Shown here piece after piece: positions 46,712-55,292 of a stretch of DNA of 64,000 bases. The notes beneath the pieces were generated by a model, which was not told where the DNA came from, did no database searches, and saw only the letters and a list, made by a program, of their open reading frames with translations. The stretch spans positions 895-64,894 of the forward strand of contig CAYMQB010000010.1 of assembly GCA_964392665.1 (NCBI GenBank), written 5' to 3'. The position numbers and the translations under genes are program-made. Each line of letters starts with the position of its first letter. Within the stretch, counting starts at the first letter, position 1. Origin of the DNA: an uncultured bacterium (GTDB lineage: Bacteria; Hydrothermota; E44-bin80).

Positions 46712-47914
46712 ATGAGCGACATAAGGACATTAAGGCTGAAATCTGTTGAAGAATTGAAAAGTGAGATGGCAAAAATTGGAGTTGACACCGGATGTATCGA
46801 TTCACTTGCATTGAAAGGCAAATTCACCGTATTCAAAATATCGAACTTAAGCCCGGCGTGCTGCAATATCATCAAACAAACCGCGCTTTCGAGCGGAACC
46901 GATGCAGCTGTTAATCGAGATGTGATAACCGGTAAGAAAAAGAGTTCGTCGCTTCTTCTATTTGGAAGTCTTAAGGAGATTGAAAGGGTTGCAGAAAAAC
47001 TACAAGGTCAACCTTTCGGGCTTGGAGAAATTTCGGAAAAACTTCTCCTCAATATCAGGCAAAATGGAGAGACAAGGATTTTTAAGTTTGCACATAGGCA
47101 GATGGAACTGGGGAAGAGAGTTTACATTATGGGCGTTCTGAATGTTACAATCGATTCTTTCTCAGACGGCGGAAAGTATTTTGAAAAATCAAAGGCAGTG
47201 GAAAAAGCATTTGAGATGGTAGAAGATGGCGCGGATATTGTAGATATTGGAGGGGAATCGAGTCGACCAGGTTCGGAATCTATTTCACAGGAACGGGAGA
47301 TGGAAAGGGTAATTCCCGTTATTGACGAGCTAAAGGGAAAAATAAAGGCTGGCATCTCAGTCGATACGTGTAAAAGTGCTGTGGCATCCGAGGCTATCAA
47401 GAGTGGTGCCGAGATAGTAAACGATATAAGTGGTTTAAGATTTGATGAAAGGATGAAGGAAATAATAAAAGAAGCACAGGTGGGTATTGTAATAATGCAT
47501 ATGTTAGGAAATCCGGAGAATATGCAGGATAATCCTTACTATGAAGACACGATTCAGGAGATTTACGATTTTCTAAAAAGGAGAACAGAGTATGCTGTAG
47601 GTTTCGGAATAGAAAAGGAAAGGATTATAATCGATCCTGGAATAGGTTTTGGCAAAAGAGTTAGTGATAACTTAGAAATACTTGACAGATGTTCTGAATT
47701 TAAGTCATTGGGATTCCCCGTGCTTGTCGGTGCATCGAGGAAGTCGTTTATAGGGAAGACATTGAATCTTCCTGTTCAAGAACGACTCGAGGGAAGTCTT
47801 GCTTCCTGTGCGATTGCACTTGAGGGAGGAGTTGATATTCTGAGAGTTCATGATGTTTGTGAAACCAGGAAATTCGTTGATATGTTTGAAAGCATAAAAG
47901 GGAGAAAGTTTTAG
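46712..47914 (+). CDS. folP: Dihydropteroate synthase with a ~125-aa N-terminal extension of unknown function
   Basis: The C-terminal ~275 aa form the pterin-binding TIM barrel ('ILNVTIDSFSDGG', 'DIGGESSRPG', 'DPGIGFGK'). The N-terminal 'MSDIRTLRLKSVEEL...GQPFGLGEI' has no counterpart in canonical FolP. Confidence 0.8.
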   Translation: MSDIRTLRLKSVEELKSEMAKIGVDTGCIDSLALKGKFTVFKISNLSPACCNIIKQTALSSGTDAAVNRDVITGKKKSSSLLLFGSLKEIERVAEKLQGQPFGLGEISEKLLLNIRQNGETRIFKFAHRQMELGKRVYIMGVLNVTIDSFSDGGKYFEKSKAVEKAFEMVEDGADIVDIGGESSRPGSESISQEREMERVIPVIDELKGKIKAGISVDTCKSAVASEAIKSGAEIVNDISGLRFDERMKEIIKEAQVGIVIMHMLGNPENMQDNPYYEDTIQEIYDFLKRRTEYAVGFGIEKERIIIDPGIGFGKRVSDNLEILDRCSEFKSLGFPVLVGASRKSFIGKTLNLPVQERLEGSLASCAIALEGGVDILRVHDVCETRKFVDMFESIKGRKF

Positions 47915-48660
47915 TGCACTATATCCAGTTTAGACTGGTAGATTTCATAGATATAATTATTGTTGCTTTCATTTTCTATCAGATTCTGAAATTCGTTAAA
48001 GGAACGAGAGCAATACAGATGATTATCGGGTTAGTGTTTGTCCTGGTTTTTGCTCTTATTGCAAACATATGGCAACTGCAAGGACTCAGGTGGATTGTCG
48101 ACGGAGTTAAGACGATATGGATTATTGCATTTGTCATTGTGTTCCAGCCGGAGATTCGTAGGGCGTTGACAAATATTGGCAAGACCCGGCTTATAAGATT
48201 TTTTCTAAAAGAAACGAGTGAAAAAACCATCGATGAACTTGTTAAATCTGCCAACACTTTGAGTAAGAGGGGGCTTGGAGGACTTGTAGTGGTGAAGCGA
48301 AAGGTTGGTTTGAAAGGATATCTGGAAACAGGTAAGTCTCTTGAAGCAAAAGTTTCTTCAGACCTTATTGTGACTATATTTTCGCCGTATTCTCCACTGC
48401 ACGATGGTGCAGTCGTTGTAGAAGGAGACATTATTATTGCGGCGGGCTGTATTCTTCCTCTATCACCAAATCCATCCCTTGATGTAGCTGTGGGAACAAG
48501 ACATAGAGCTGCTCTGGGTATTACAGAGGAGAGCGATGCAGTTGTAATTCTTGTTTCTGAGGAGACGAGAGAAATATCGTTTGCTCACAAAGGTAAATTA
48601 CTCAGAGGAATGGATTCCGTTAGTTTAAAAAGGAATCTTGAAAAGGCAATGAGATATTAG
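47914..48660 (+). CDS. cdaA: Membrane-anchored diadenylate cyclase (c-di-AMP synthase CdaA/DacA)
   Basis: 248 aa; 3 N-terminal TM helices, DAC domain with 'HDGAVVV' and 'GTRHRAALGI' motifs. Confidence 0.8.
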   Translation: MHYIQFRLVDFIDIIIVAFIFYQILKFVKGTRAIQMIIGLVFVLVFALIANIWQLQGLRWIVDGVKTIWIIAFVIVFQPEIRRALTNIGKTRLIRFFLKETSEKTIDELVKSANTLSKRGLGGLVVVKRKVGLKGYLETGKSLEAKVSSDLIVTIFSPYSPLHDGAVVVEGDIIIAAGCILPLSPNPSLDVAVGTRHRAALGITEESDAVVILVSEETREISFAHKGKLLRGMDSVSLKRNLEKAMRY

Positions 48661-48827
48661 AGACGGAAGAGAGAAGAGGGAAACGGAGAAACGGCGAGAG
48701 GCGAGGAGAAAAATTGTGTATATTCATAGTGTATTTAGTAGTATATTTGTAGTGTATTTATTGTTTACAATGAATAACGGTCAGTAAATACACAGTGAAG
48801 CGAATATACGCAGAATGCAAATAACCT

Positions 48828-48899
48828 AATTGACCAATGACCAATAACAAAGTATGTCTCTGTGGTGAAATTTGTATCGAAATTACGAAATTGGAAATT
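48828..48899 (+). repeat. Copy 1 of a ~70-nt intergenic direct repeat (AATTGACCAATGACCAATAACAAAGTATGTCTCTGTGGTGAAATTTGTATCGAAATTACGAAATTGGAAATT)
   Basis: About 95% identical to copy 2 at 49096-49166; both lie in non-coding sequence upstream of the DUF2723 gene. Confidence 0.85.
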
Positions 48900-49095
48900 A
48901 TGAATATGAGATTGCTTCACAAGAAATACGAGAGAAATATTCGCAATGACGAACTGAAAGACAGAGAAGTGATAAGAGAAGAGAGAGAGGGTAGGCGCAG
49001 GCTTTAGCCTGCGAAAGAAAATATGAGATTGTTTGCATAGTTAGAGCAAAGAAGAGGAGCTCGCAATGACAGTATTCGGTAAAACCACTAATGCC

Positions 49096-49166
49096 AATTG
49101 ACCAATAACCAATAACAAAGTATGTCTCTGTGGTGAAATTGTTATCGAAATTAGGAAATTGGAAAA
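49096..49166 (+). repeat. Copy 2 of the ~70-nt intergenic direct repeat
   Basis: AATTGACCAATAACCAATAACAAAGTATGTCTCTGTGGTGAAATTGTTATCGAAATTAGGAAATTGGAAA; differs from copy 1 at about 4 positions. Confidence 0.85.
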
Positions 49167-49188
49167 ATGGAAATTAAAAACAAAACAG

Positions 49189-49241
49189 TAACTAATAACT
49201 AATGACCAATAACTAATGACCAATAACTAATGATCAATAAC
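49189..49241 (+). repeat. Tandem 14-mer array (TAACTAATGACCAA x about 3.5) sharing the ACCAATAAC core of the 70-nt repeats
   Basis: taactaa-TAACTAATGACCAA-TAACTAATGACCAA-TAACTAATGATCAA-taacc, ending 24 nt before the AAGGAG SD of the 49265 gene. Confidence 0.85.
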
Positions 49242-49264
49242 CAGGTTGTAACAGAAAAGGAGAT

Positions 49265-51787
49265 GTGATGGAAAAGAGGAAAAAAATTAAGCTTTTCGTA
49301 GGGTTGGGCGTATTCGTTATTGTTCTGCTTGTCTATCTCTTAACACTCGCACCGACTTCTTCGTTCTGGGATTGTGGTGAATTTATTGCCTGTTCATATA
49401 TACTCGGTGTACCTCATCCGCCCGGTACACCTTTGCAAATTCTGATAGGCAGAATTTTTACTTTAATTCCCATTGGCAAAGAAATTGCATTCAGAATGAA
49501 TTTATATTCGGCATTAAGTGGAGCATTGGCTGCGTTCTTTATTTATTTGGTTTTCGTCAAAGTTGTCGGACGATTCAGAAAATTGGAGACAATATGGGAA
49601 AGAGTGTTAGTTCATACTTTTGGAGCAGCGACTGCGCTGCTTGCATCTTTTACATTTTCGAACTGGGATAATTCCGTTGAGGCAGAAGTTTATTCAACAT
49701 CTTCCTTAATTATGTTCTTCTGTATTTGGTTTGCATTAGTTTGGCAGGAAAACATCGGAAAGAGGGGAAACAAAAATCTCCTCGTTGTCCTCATTTATAT
49801 AATTTTTCTCAGTATGGGGATTCATCTTTTGCCTTTACTAATCTTACCCGGATTGTTTGTGTTTATTCTAATTGTAAACCCCAAGGACTTGCTTGATTCG
49901 AAATTCTTTCTTATAATTCTTGGACTCATTGGCATTTCGGTTACGACCTACTTTTATCTTATGTTAAGAGCGCGGTTAAATCCGGGTATAAATGAAGTAG
50001 ACCCGACTACATTTAGAAAACTCTGGGACGTTTTTACAAGAAAACAGTATGGACCAATGAAGTTTTTTCCTCGAAAAACGGCAATGGAAACTGGCTATAA
50101 CGTGTTTTTTGCAGTATGGCAGCAGATACTGGTGTATGTGAAGTACTTTTCCTGGCAGTTCGTAGCATTTCCAAGAGAGGTAATGAGCATTTCCACTGCA
50201 GGTCGTTTTGGCTCTTTTTTTGTAACCTGGTTGTATGCGATCTTAGGTTTCTGGGGTTTATGGTCACATTTTAGGAGGGACAAGAAAACATTTGCATTGA
50301 TTGCACTAATATTCTTATTTACGAGTGTTGGACTGGTTTTATACCTCAATCTCAGGTTTTCGCCATCCGACCTGGATCCCAGGCACATTCCGAAAGAAGT
50401 CAGAGAAAGGGACTATTTTTACAGTACTTCGTATCTTTTCTTCGTTTTCTTCATTGGGATTGGATTATGGGAGGTCGCTACGAACTTGATAGAAGCGAGC
50501 AGAAAGAAATGGAAATCGATTGTTGCAATTGCCTGTGTCGTTCTTATCTTCGCATTTCCGGTGGTTCCTTTATTCAGCAATTTCAATTCTCATGTGAATA
50601 GACATAATAACTGGATACCAAATGATTATGGAATGAATCTTCTTATGACATGTGATGAGGGAAGCATAATTTTTACCAATGGTGACAATGATACCTTTCC
50701 TTTATGGTTTGTCCAGGAAGTCAAGAGTTACAGAAATTTCGACCCGGAGAAGAGGAAAGGCGTTGTCGTTGCCAACTTGAGCCTATTAAACACCGATTGG
50801 TATATAAGGGAACTCAAGGAGTGGGGAGTTCCTATAGGTTTTACGGATAGAGAAATACAGATGTTAAGACCTGTGAAACTTCCAAATGGTGAGATACTGT
50901 ACATAAAGGATCTTGCGATAAGAAGTATTATTGCGACAAATCAAGGCAAAAAACTATCTCCCAAGGATCTGTTTTCCCCGAGGGAAGAATTCGTGAAGAA
51001 ATATGTTAATGAAAACTACAAGGGGAGATTCAATATTTATTTTGCCGTTACAGTATCAAGGGAAAATATGAAGGGATATGAAAGGCATCTCAAGCTTGAA
51101 GCTCTTGCATACAAGATTGTGGCAGAAGAAGGAAGAGGTATGATAGATGCGGAAAAGACGGAAGATTTACTTATGAATAAATTCAGTTATAGGAGTATTT
51201 TCGATGATAGAGTTTACAAGGACGGTAATACGATAAAACTGTTCAGTAACTATGCTGCGGGATTTTTCGCACTCGGTACATACTATAAGAACGCGGATAA
51301 CTATGATAAAGCGATTGAAGTGCTTGAATTTGGAAAGAAATTTGCCATGAGGGACGTTATGCCTTTCGCATATACTCTTGCCGAAATATACAAAAATAGG
51401 AAGCAGTATGAGAAGGCTAAGCAAAACCTGATGGAGGTTACGAGGAAAATTGATTCCGGGCTCATTTTTTATATGCTTGGACAGATCGACGAAGCCCAGG
51501 GAAATGACGAGGAAGCACTGCTCAACTATATCAAGGCAAAGGAAAGTGGAAACGACAAAGTTGCAGGTTATGCAGGGCTTGTATCATACTATTTCAGGAA
51601 AGGAGATAGTATGAATGCTTCCAGATACTTAAGAGAGGCAATGGAGCAGAGAGACATATATAAATATCTTTGGACTTTCTATATGCAAAACGGTGATACT
51701 GCGGTAGCGAAATTTCTGATTAAAGATTATCTAAAGGTTCGTCCAGACGATGAAAGTGCAAAGAAACTCCTTAACCAAATGGGATAA
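49265..51787 (+). CDS. DUF2723/TMEM260-like polytopic membrane protein (putative glycosyltransferase, protein O-mannosyltransferase-like fold) with C-terminal TPR repeats
   Basis: 840 aa. N-terminus 'VYLLTLAPTSSFWDCGEFIACSYILGVPHPPGTPL' is the DUF2723 signature; about 11 TM helices in the first 420 aa; C-terminal 400 aa are helical/TPR-like ('YYKNADNYDKAIEVLEFGKK'). Confidence 0.55.
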   Translation: MMEKRKKIKLFVGLGVFVIVLLVYLLTLAPTSSFWDCGEFIACSYILGVPHPPGTPLQILIGRIFTLIPIGKEIAFRMNLYSALSGALAAFFIYLVFVKVVGRFRKLETIWERVLVHTFGAATALLASFTFSNWDNSVEAEVYSTSSLIMFFCIWFALVWQENIGKRGNKNLLVVLIYIIFLSMGIHLLPLLILPGLFVFILIVNPKDLLDSKFFLIILGLIGISVTTYFYLMLRARLNPGINEVDPTTFRKLWDVFTRKQYGPMKFFPRKTAMETGYNVFFAVWQQILVYVKYFSWQFVAFPREVMSISTAGRFGSFFVTWLYAILGFWGLWSHFRRDKKTFALIALIFLFTSVGLVLYLNLRFSPSDLDPRHIPKEVRERDYFYSTSYLFFVFFIGIGLWEVATNLIEASRKKWKSIVAIACVVLIFAFPVVPLFSNFNSHVNRHNNWIPNDYGMNLLMTCDEGSIIFTNGDNDTFPLWFVQEVKSYRNFDPEKRKGVVVANLSLLNTDWYIRELKEWGVPIGFTDREIQMLRPVKLPNGEILYIKDLAIRSIIATNQGKKLSPKDLFSPREEFVKKYVNENYKGRFNIYFAVTVSRENMKGYERHLKLEALAYKIVAEEGRGMIDAEKTEDLLMNKFSYRSIFDDRVYKDGNTIKLFSNYAAGFFALGTYYKNADNYDKAIEVLEFGKKFAMRDVMPFAYTLAEIYKNRKQYEKAKQNLMEVTRKIDSGLIFYMLGQIDEAQGNDEEALLNYIKAKESGNDKVAGYAGLVSYYFRKGDSMNASRYLREAMEQRDIYKYLWTFYMQNGDTAVAKFLIKDYLKVRPDDESAKKLLNQMG

Positions 51788-51849
51788 TTATTCAAGTTAA
51801 GTAAAACCGATCCATTGGAAGCACAACTCTTCAGTTTCCCATATATTTG

Positions 51850-51877
51850 GGAACTTTCTCACAAGAAATTCGTCTAA
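51850..51877 (+). promoter_or_regulatory. ECF-type promoter motif (GGAAC, 16-nt spacer, CGTCTAA) immediately upstream of the ECF sigma gene
   Basis: GGAAC at 51850-51854, 16-nt spacer, CGTCTAA at 51871-51877, resembling autoregulated ECF promoters (AAC...CGT). Its -10 lies only ~10 nt before the annotated ATG, implying a leaderless mRNA or a downstream start. Confidence 0.3.
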
Positions 51878-51884
51878 AGAACAG

Positions 51885-52439
51885 ATGAACAGAACTAAAG
51901 AAATACCCGACCAGGTATTGTTGTTCGAGATTGCAGAGAATAATGATGAAGATGCATTTAGATTACTATTCGATAGATACTCAGGAAGGCTTTTCAATGT
52001 TCTCTATAGAATGACACAGCATTATGAGGATTCCAATGACCTTCTGCAGGATGTTTTTATCAAGGTTTACAAAAACAAAAATAAGTGTTTTAAGATGAAG
52101 AATTTTAGGGGTTGGGTTTATACCGTAACACTGAATGTGGCAAGGGATTATCTTAGAATGCACAAGAGAAAGCAGGAAGTAGTGTTTGATGAAACAAATG
52201 GAAAAAGTCAGCAGGATGACCCCTTTAGGAGTTATGAAAACGATGAAATCAAGAGAATGATTCTTGATGCACTCAACAAGCTAAGCGACAAGTACAGAAG
52301 GGTTTTTGTGCTTCGTGACATAGAGGGTTTAAGTTACCAGGAGATATCGGAAAACCTGAGAATTAGGGAAGGCACCGTAAAATCGAGACTAAACAGGGCA
52401 AGGCTACAGATTGCCGATAGCTTGAGAAGAAAAATTTAA
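51885..52439 (+). CDS. ECF-subfamily RNA polymerase sigma-70 factor
   Basis: 184 aa; region 2 'LLQDVFIKVYKN...GWVYTVTLNVARDYLR' and region 4 HTH 'LSYQEISENLRIREGTVKSRLNRAR'. Confidence 0.8.
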   Translation: MNRTKEIPDQVLLFEIAENNDEDAFRLLFDRYSGRLFNVLYRMTQHYEDSNDLLQDVFIKVYKNKNKCFKMKNFRGWVYTVTLNVARDYLRMHKRKQEVVFDETNGKSQQDDPFRSYENDEIKRMILDALNKLSDKYRRVFVLRDIEGLSYQEISENLRIREGTVKSRLNRARLQIADSLRRKI

Positions 52440-52444
52440 AAGAG

Positions 52445-52930
52445 GTGAGTGTTATGAATTGTAGGCAAGTTAAATTACTGTATACAGCTTTTCGTGACAA
52501 AGACCTTGATAAAGATTCGGAAAGGGAAGTATTAGAACATATTAAAGGGTGCGATAGTTGTAGAATACTTTATTCGACACTTGATGTTGTAACATCTTTT
52601 GCCGGACAGTATGAGGAAATTAAACCTGCATCAAGAGTTATCGATGGAATTTTGAAAAGGATTGAAACACAAAGAGGAAAAGCAAGGTTTTTGAAACCCA
52701 GCTTTGTTATTATTTACGGTACGCTTTTGTTTTTCATTGTAATTATTTCATTGGGAATTTTTCACAGAGTTAGTGTAAAAAGACAGTTGATAGCACGGAA
52801 AAAACAGGAAGAGATGATAAAAAACAGAAATAGGTATATTATGGATTATGGGCATTTTGATAAGGGTAGAGTAGTTTACACAGTACAGGATAATGGGTAT
52901 TCTGTTAAGGTTATCGAAACGAGTTACTGA
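52445..52930 (+). CDS. Putative zinc-binding anti-sigma factor (single TM)
   Basis: 161 aa directly downstream of the ECF sigma; 'HIKGCDSCR' (Hx3Cx2C zinc-finger anti-sigma motif), TM 'FVIIYGTLLFFIVIISLGIF'. Confidence 0.5.
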   Translation: MSVMNCRQVKLLYTAFRDKDLDKDSEREVLEHIKGCDSCRILYSTLDVVTSFAGQYEEIKPASRVIDGILKRIETQRGKARFLKPSFVIIYGTLLFFIVIISLGIFHRVSVKRQLIARKKQEEMIKNRNRYIMDYGHFDKGRVVYTVQDNGYSVKVIETSY

Positions 52931-52967
52931 TGGATATGTATAATGAATAATATACCAGGAGGAACTG

Positions 52968-54116
52968 ATGAGATTCTTTGTTAGGGCAGTGGTTTTACCG
53001 GTAATTTTATCGGGGAGTTTCTTATGGGGAGATCAGCTAAATAAGTTGGGACAGGAGATAAACGCTCTGTACGAGGACATATCTCCTTCTATAGTTTCTA
53101 TTCATTACGGAGAAAAAGGGAAAAAGGACCTCGTGGGAACAGGAGTCGTGATAGATAAAATGGGCAATATGGTTACGGTTATGAGATTTTTAAGTGGCAG
53201 AGATATCTGGGTGGAGACCGCGGCAGGAGAAGAACTTCGGGCTGAACTTCGTGGCGTTGATTCTGAGACAGGGGTTGCGGTATTGAAAGTGAAAAGACCC
53301 TTGAAAGCGGTTGAGTTATGCGATTTGAATACGCTTTCGAAAGGTGATATTCTTTTTGTTGTAGGAAACTCTTTTGGTCTTATGAATGGAATATCGATTA
53401 GTCTGTACTCAGGCAGAAGAGAGAATGGAGAATATTTGCAGCTTGGCAATTCTGTTCTTCCTGGAAATAGTGGTGCAGGCGTGTTTAATGTGAATGGAGA
53501 ACTTGTAGGAATCGTGAGTTTTGCACTTAAATCAGGTTTTGATATGGGAATTTCTGAGAGCAAAAGCGTTATGAAAAAGGAGATTCGTTTAAAAATGTCC
53601 CCTGAATTGGGATTTTCAGTAGGCATGATGGGGCCAGGAGTAGTTATACCTGCTGACAGAATGATGGACCTCGCCAGGGAAATAATAGAGAAGGGAAAGG
53701 TTGAAAGAGGGTGGCTTGGTGTATTCATCAAAGAAAATGCAAAGGGTGTTGCGGTAACAGGTGTTGTTGAGGACAGCCCGGCAAAAAAATCCAGAATAAA
53801 AGAGGGAGATGTTATTACTAAGTATGGTGAAAAACAGGTTAAAGACTTAGGCAGTTTCATTGATATGGTAAAAAATACAAAACCCGGGGAAAAGGTTCAA
53901 GTTTACGTGTTGAGGAAGAAAAAGACACTAAAATTCGAAGTGAAAATAGGAGAAAGACCGTCGGAGGAAAAGAAGTTTTTCAGGCTGAAGAAATTGATAC
54001 CTCCCGTAAATATCTTTTCTGAAAACAGTGAAATGGAAAAAATTAAATTGGAAATAAGAGAACTCAAAAAACAACTGGAAGATACAAAGAAGAAGCTAAA
54101 AAAGGAAGAATTGTAG
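52968..54116 (+). CDS. HtrA/DegP-like trypsin-family serine protease with PDZ domain and C-terminal coiled coil
   Basis: Signal peptide; 'LPGNSGAGVFNVNGELVGIVS' (GNSGG-like catalytic serine), 'IHYGE' His region, PDZ 'GVAVTGVVEDSPAKKSRIKEGDVITKYGEKQV'. Confidence 0.65.
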   Translation: MRFFVRAVVLPVILSGSFLWGDQLNKLGQEINALYEDISPSIVSIHYGEKGKKDLVGTGVVIDKMGNMVTVMRFLSGRDIWVETAAGEELRAELRGVDSETGVAVLKVKRPLKAVELCDLNTLSKGDILFVVGNSFGLMNGISISLYSGRRENGEYLQLGNSVLPGNSGAGVFNVNGELVGIVSFALKSGFDMGISESKSVMKKEIRLKMSPELGFSVGMMGPGVVIPADRMMDLAREIIEKGKVERGWLGVFIKENAKGVAVTGVVEDSPAKKSRIKEGDVITKYGEKQVKDLGSFIDMVKNTKPGEKVQVYVLRKKKTLKFEVKIGERPSEEKKFFRLKKLIPPVNIFSENSEMEKIKLEIRELKKQLEDTKKKLKKEEL

Positions 54117-54188
54117 GGGATTTCCAGCACTCGGAATGACAAACTAAACTGTGTCAACTAAGCAAACTATGTAAAGAGTTGATGGAAA

Positions 54189-54228
54189 TAAAAAAAGTGA
54201 GCTGCCAGCTTGACAGCTCACTTTTTTT
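54189..54228. terminator. Bidirectional rho-independent terminator between convergent htrA-like and porV-like genes
   Basis: A-tract (54189-54196), 9-bp perfect stem AGTGAGCTG (54196-54204) / CAGCTCACT (54214-54222), 9-nt loop, T7 (54222-54228). Confidence 0.7.
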
Positions 54229-54242
54229 ATTCGTGCTATTTC

Positions 54243-55292
54243 TTAGAAGCCAAATCCAATGGAAACTCTGTGTATCAGCGATAGTCTTCCAAGGTCTTCA
54301 CCTGCGTAATCGATATTTACATGCTGGTTGCCAAACGGGAGCAGTGCACCAAAACCGAATGCAAGCCCTTCATGTCCGTTCAACTTGTCTTCGAATAAGT
54401 CAGGTTCATATTTGTAGCCACCTCTGACAGCGAACATATTGTTCCACACGTATTCCATTCCAAGACGGACAATTTCCTTGCTGTCATTTGGATGTGATGC
54501 ATCAAGCGCTATTGTCAGGATACCGGTTTCGCTCTTCAATGCATCATACGCCAAACCTATGCTGAAGTTCATCGGCAGTGGATATGGGGATGCTGAAATT
54601 TCCATTGGTTGATTTTTGCCGCTCCAATCACCTTCTTTAAGCTCGGTACCCAACTGTCCTCCTTTGAAAACCATCTCCGGTCCGAAGTTTGTCATCACGA
54701 ATGCGATTTTCAGGTTTTTAACAAAGGAAGGACTGTACAGAGTACCAAAATCGAACGCTAAGCCATTAGCTGCCATATCCCAGATGTTTTCCTGAATCCA
54801 CTTTAGATTCAAGCCGAAAGCAAACTTGTCGGTAAGCTTTTTCGAGTAATTGAATGTCGCAGCAATGCTACTGGCTCCAAAAGTTTCACCTGTTCCTTCG
54901 GGTTCATACACGGTAGTTACATCCATTTCACCCAATGAAAGAACGGTCAATCCAAAGCCAATATTACCGAGAAGTCCCATTGGTTTGACATAAGAAACGA
55001 AGTTGTTCCTTATGTCGAGAACCCACTCGACATCACTGACAAAAAATGCGTTCGTGTTTACCTGTGCTGCACAGGCAGGATTCCAATAAAGTGCTGATGG
55101 ACCATCCGCGACGGCACTGAATGCACCAGCCATTGAAGCTCCCCTGGCTCCCACACCTATCTTTAAGAATTGTGCACCTGCTGTTCCAAGTTTGGAAAAC
55201 GCTGCATAAGATAAGGATGTTATGAGGAGAACCAGAGTTACTACCAATGCAATTCTCTTTATCATTTTATACCTCCATTCTGTAAGTTTCAT
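54243..55292 (-). CDS. porV: PorV/PorQ-family outer-membrane beta-barrel protein (T9SS shuttle protein, FadL-like)
   Basis: Signal peptide; 'GTAGAQFLKIGVGARGASMAGAFSAVADGPSALYWNPA' resembles the conserved PorV N-terminal strand; C-terminal 'SIGFGF' OMP terminus; start overlaps the upstream gene stop by 1 nt. Confidence 0.5.
   Translation of the reverse strand: MKLTEWRYKMIKRIALVVTLVLLITSLSYAAFSKLGTAGAQFLKIGVGARGASMAGAFSAVADGPSALYWNPACAAQVNTNAFFVSDVEWVLDIRNNFVSYVKPMGLLGNIGFGLTVLSLGEMDVTTVYEPEGTGETFGASSIAATFNYSKKLTDKFAFGLNLKWIQENIWDMAANGLAFDFGTLYSPSFVKNLKIAFVMTNFGPEMVFKGGQLGTELKEGDWSGKNQPMEISASPYPLPMNFSIGLAYDALKSETGILTIALDASHPNDSKEIVRLGMEYVWNNMFAVRGGYKYEPDLFEDKLNGHEGLAFGFGALLPFGNQHVNIDYAGEDLGRLSLIHRVSIGFGF

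Noticed and set aside
48899-48991. 30-codon ORF (MNMRLLHKKYERNIRNDELKDREVIREEREGRRRL) inside the repeat region
   Set aside because: It has no convincing RBS, sits within purine-rich low-complexity DNA, and its sequence is a by-product of the GA-rich tract. It is probably not a gene.
48661-49264. Possible CRISPR array or retron in the repeat-rich intergenic region
   Set aside because: The repeats have heterogeneous lengths (70, 55 and 14 nt) with no regularly sized unique spacers, and no cas genes or reverse transcriptase lie nearby. A CRISPR or retron call is therefore not supported, though the region is still reported as an unexplained repeat array.
53105-53860. 251-aa minus-strand ORF inside the htrA-like gene
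   Set aside because: It is antisense to the protease/PDZ coding region. Its composition is Pro/Ser/Thr-rich with no motifs, so it is most likely spurious.
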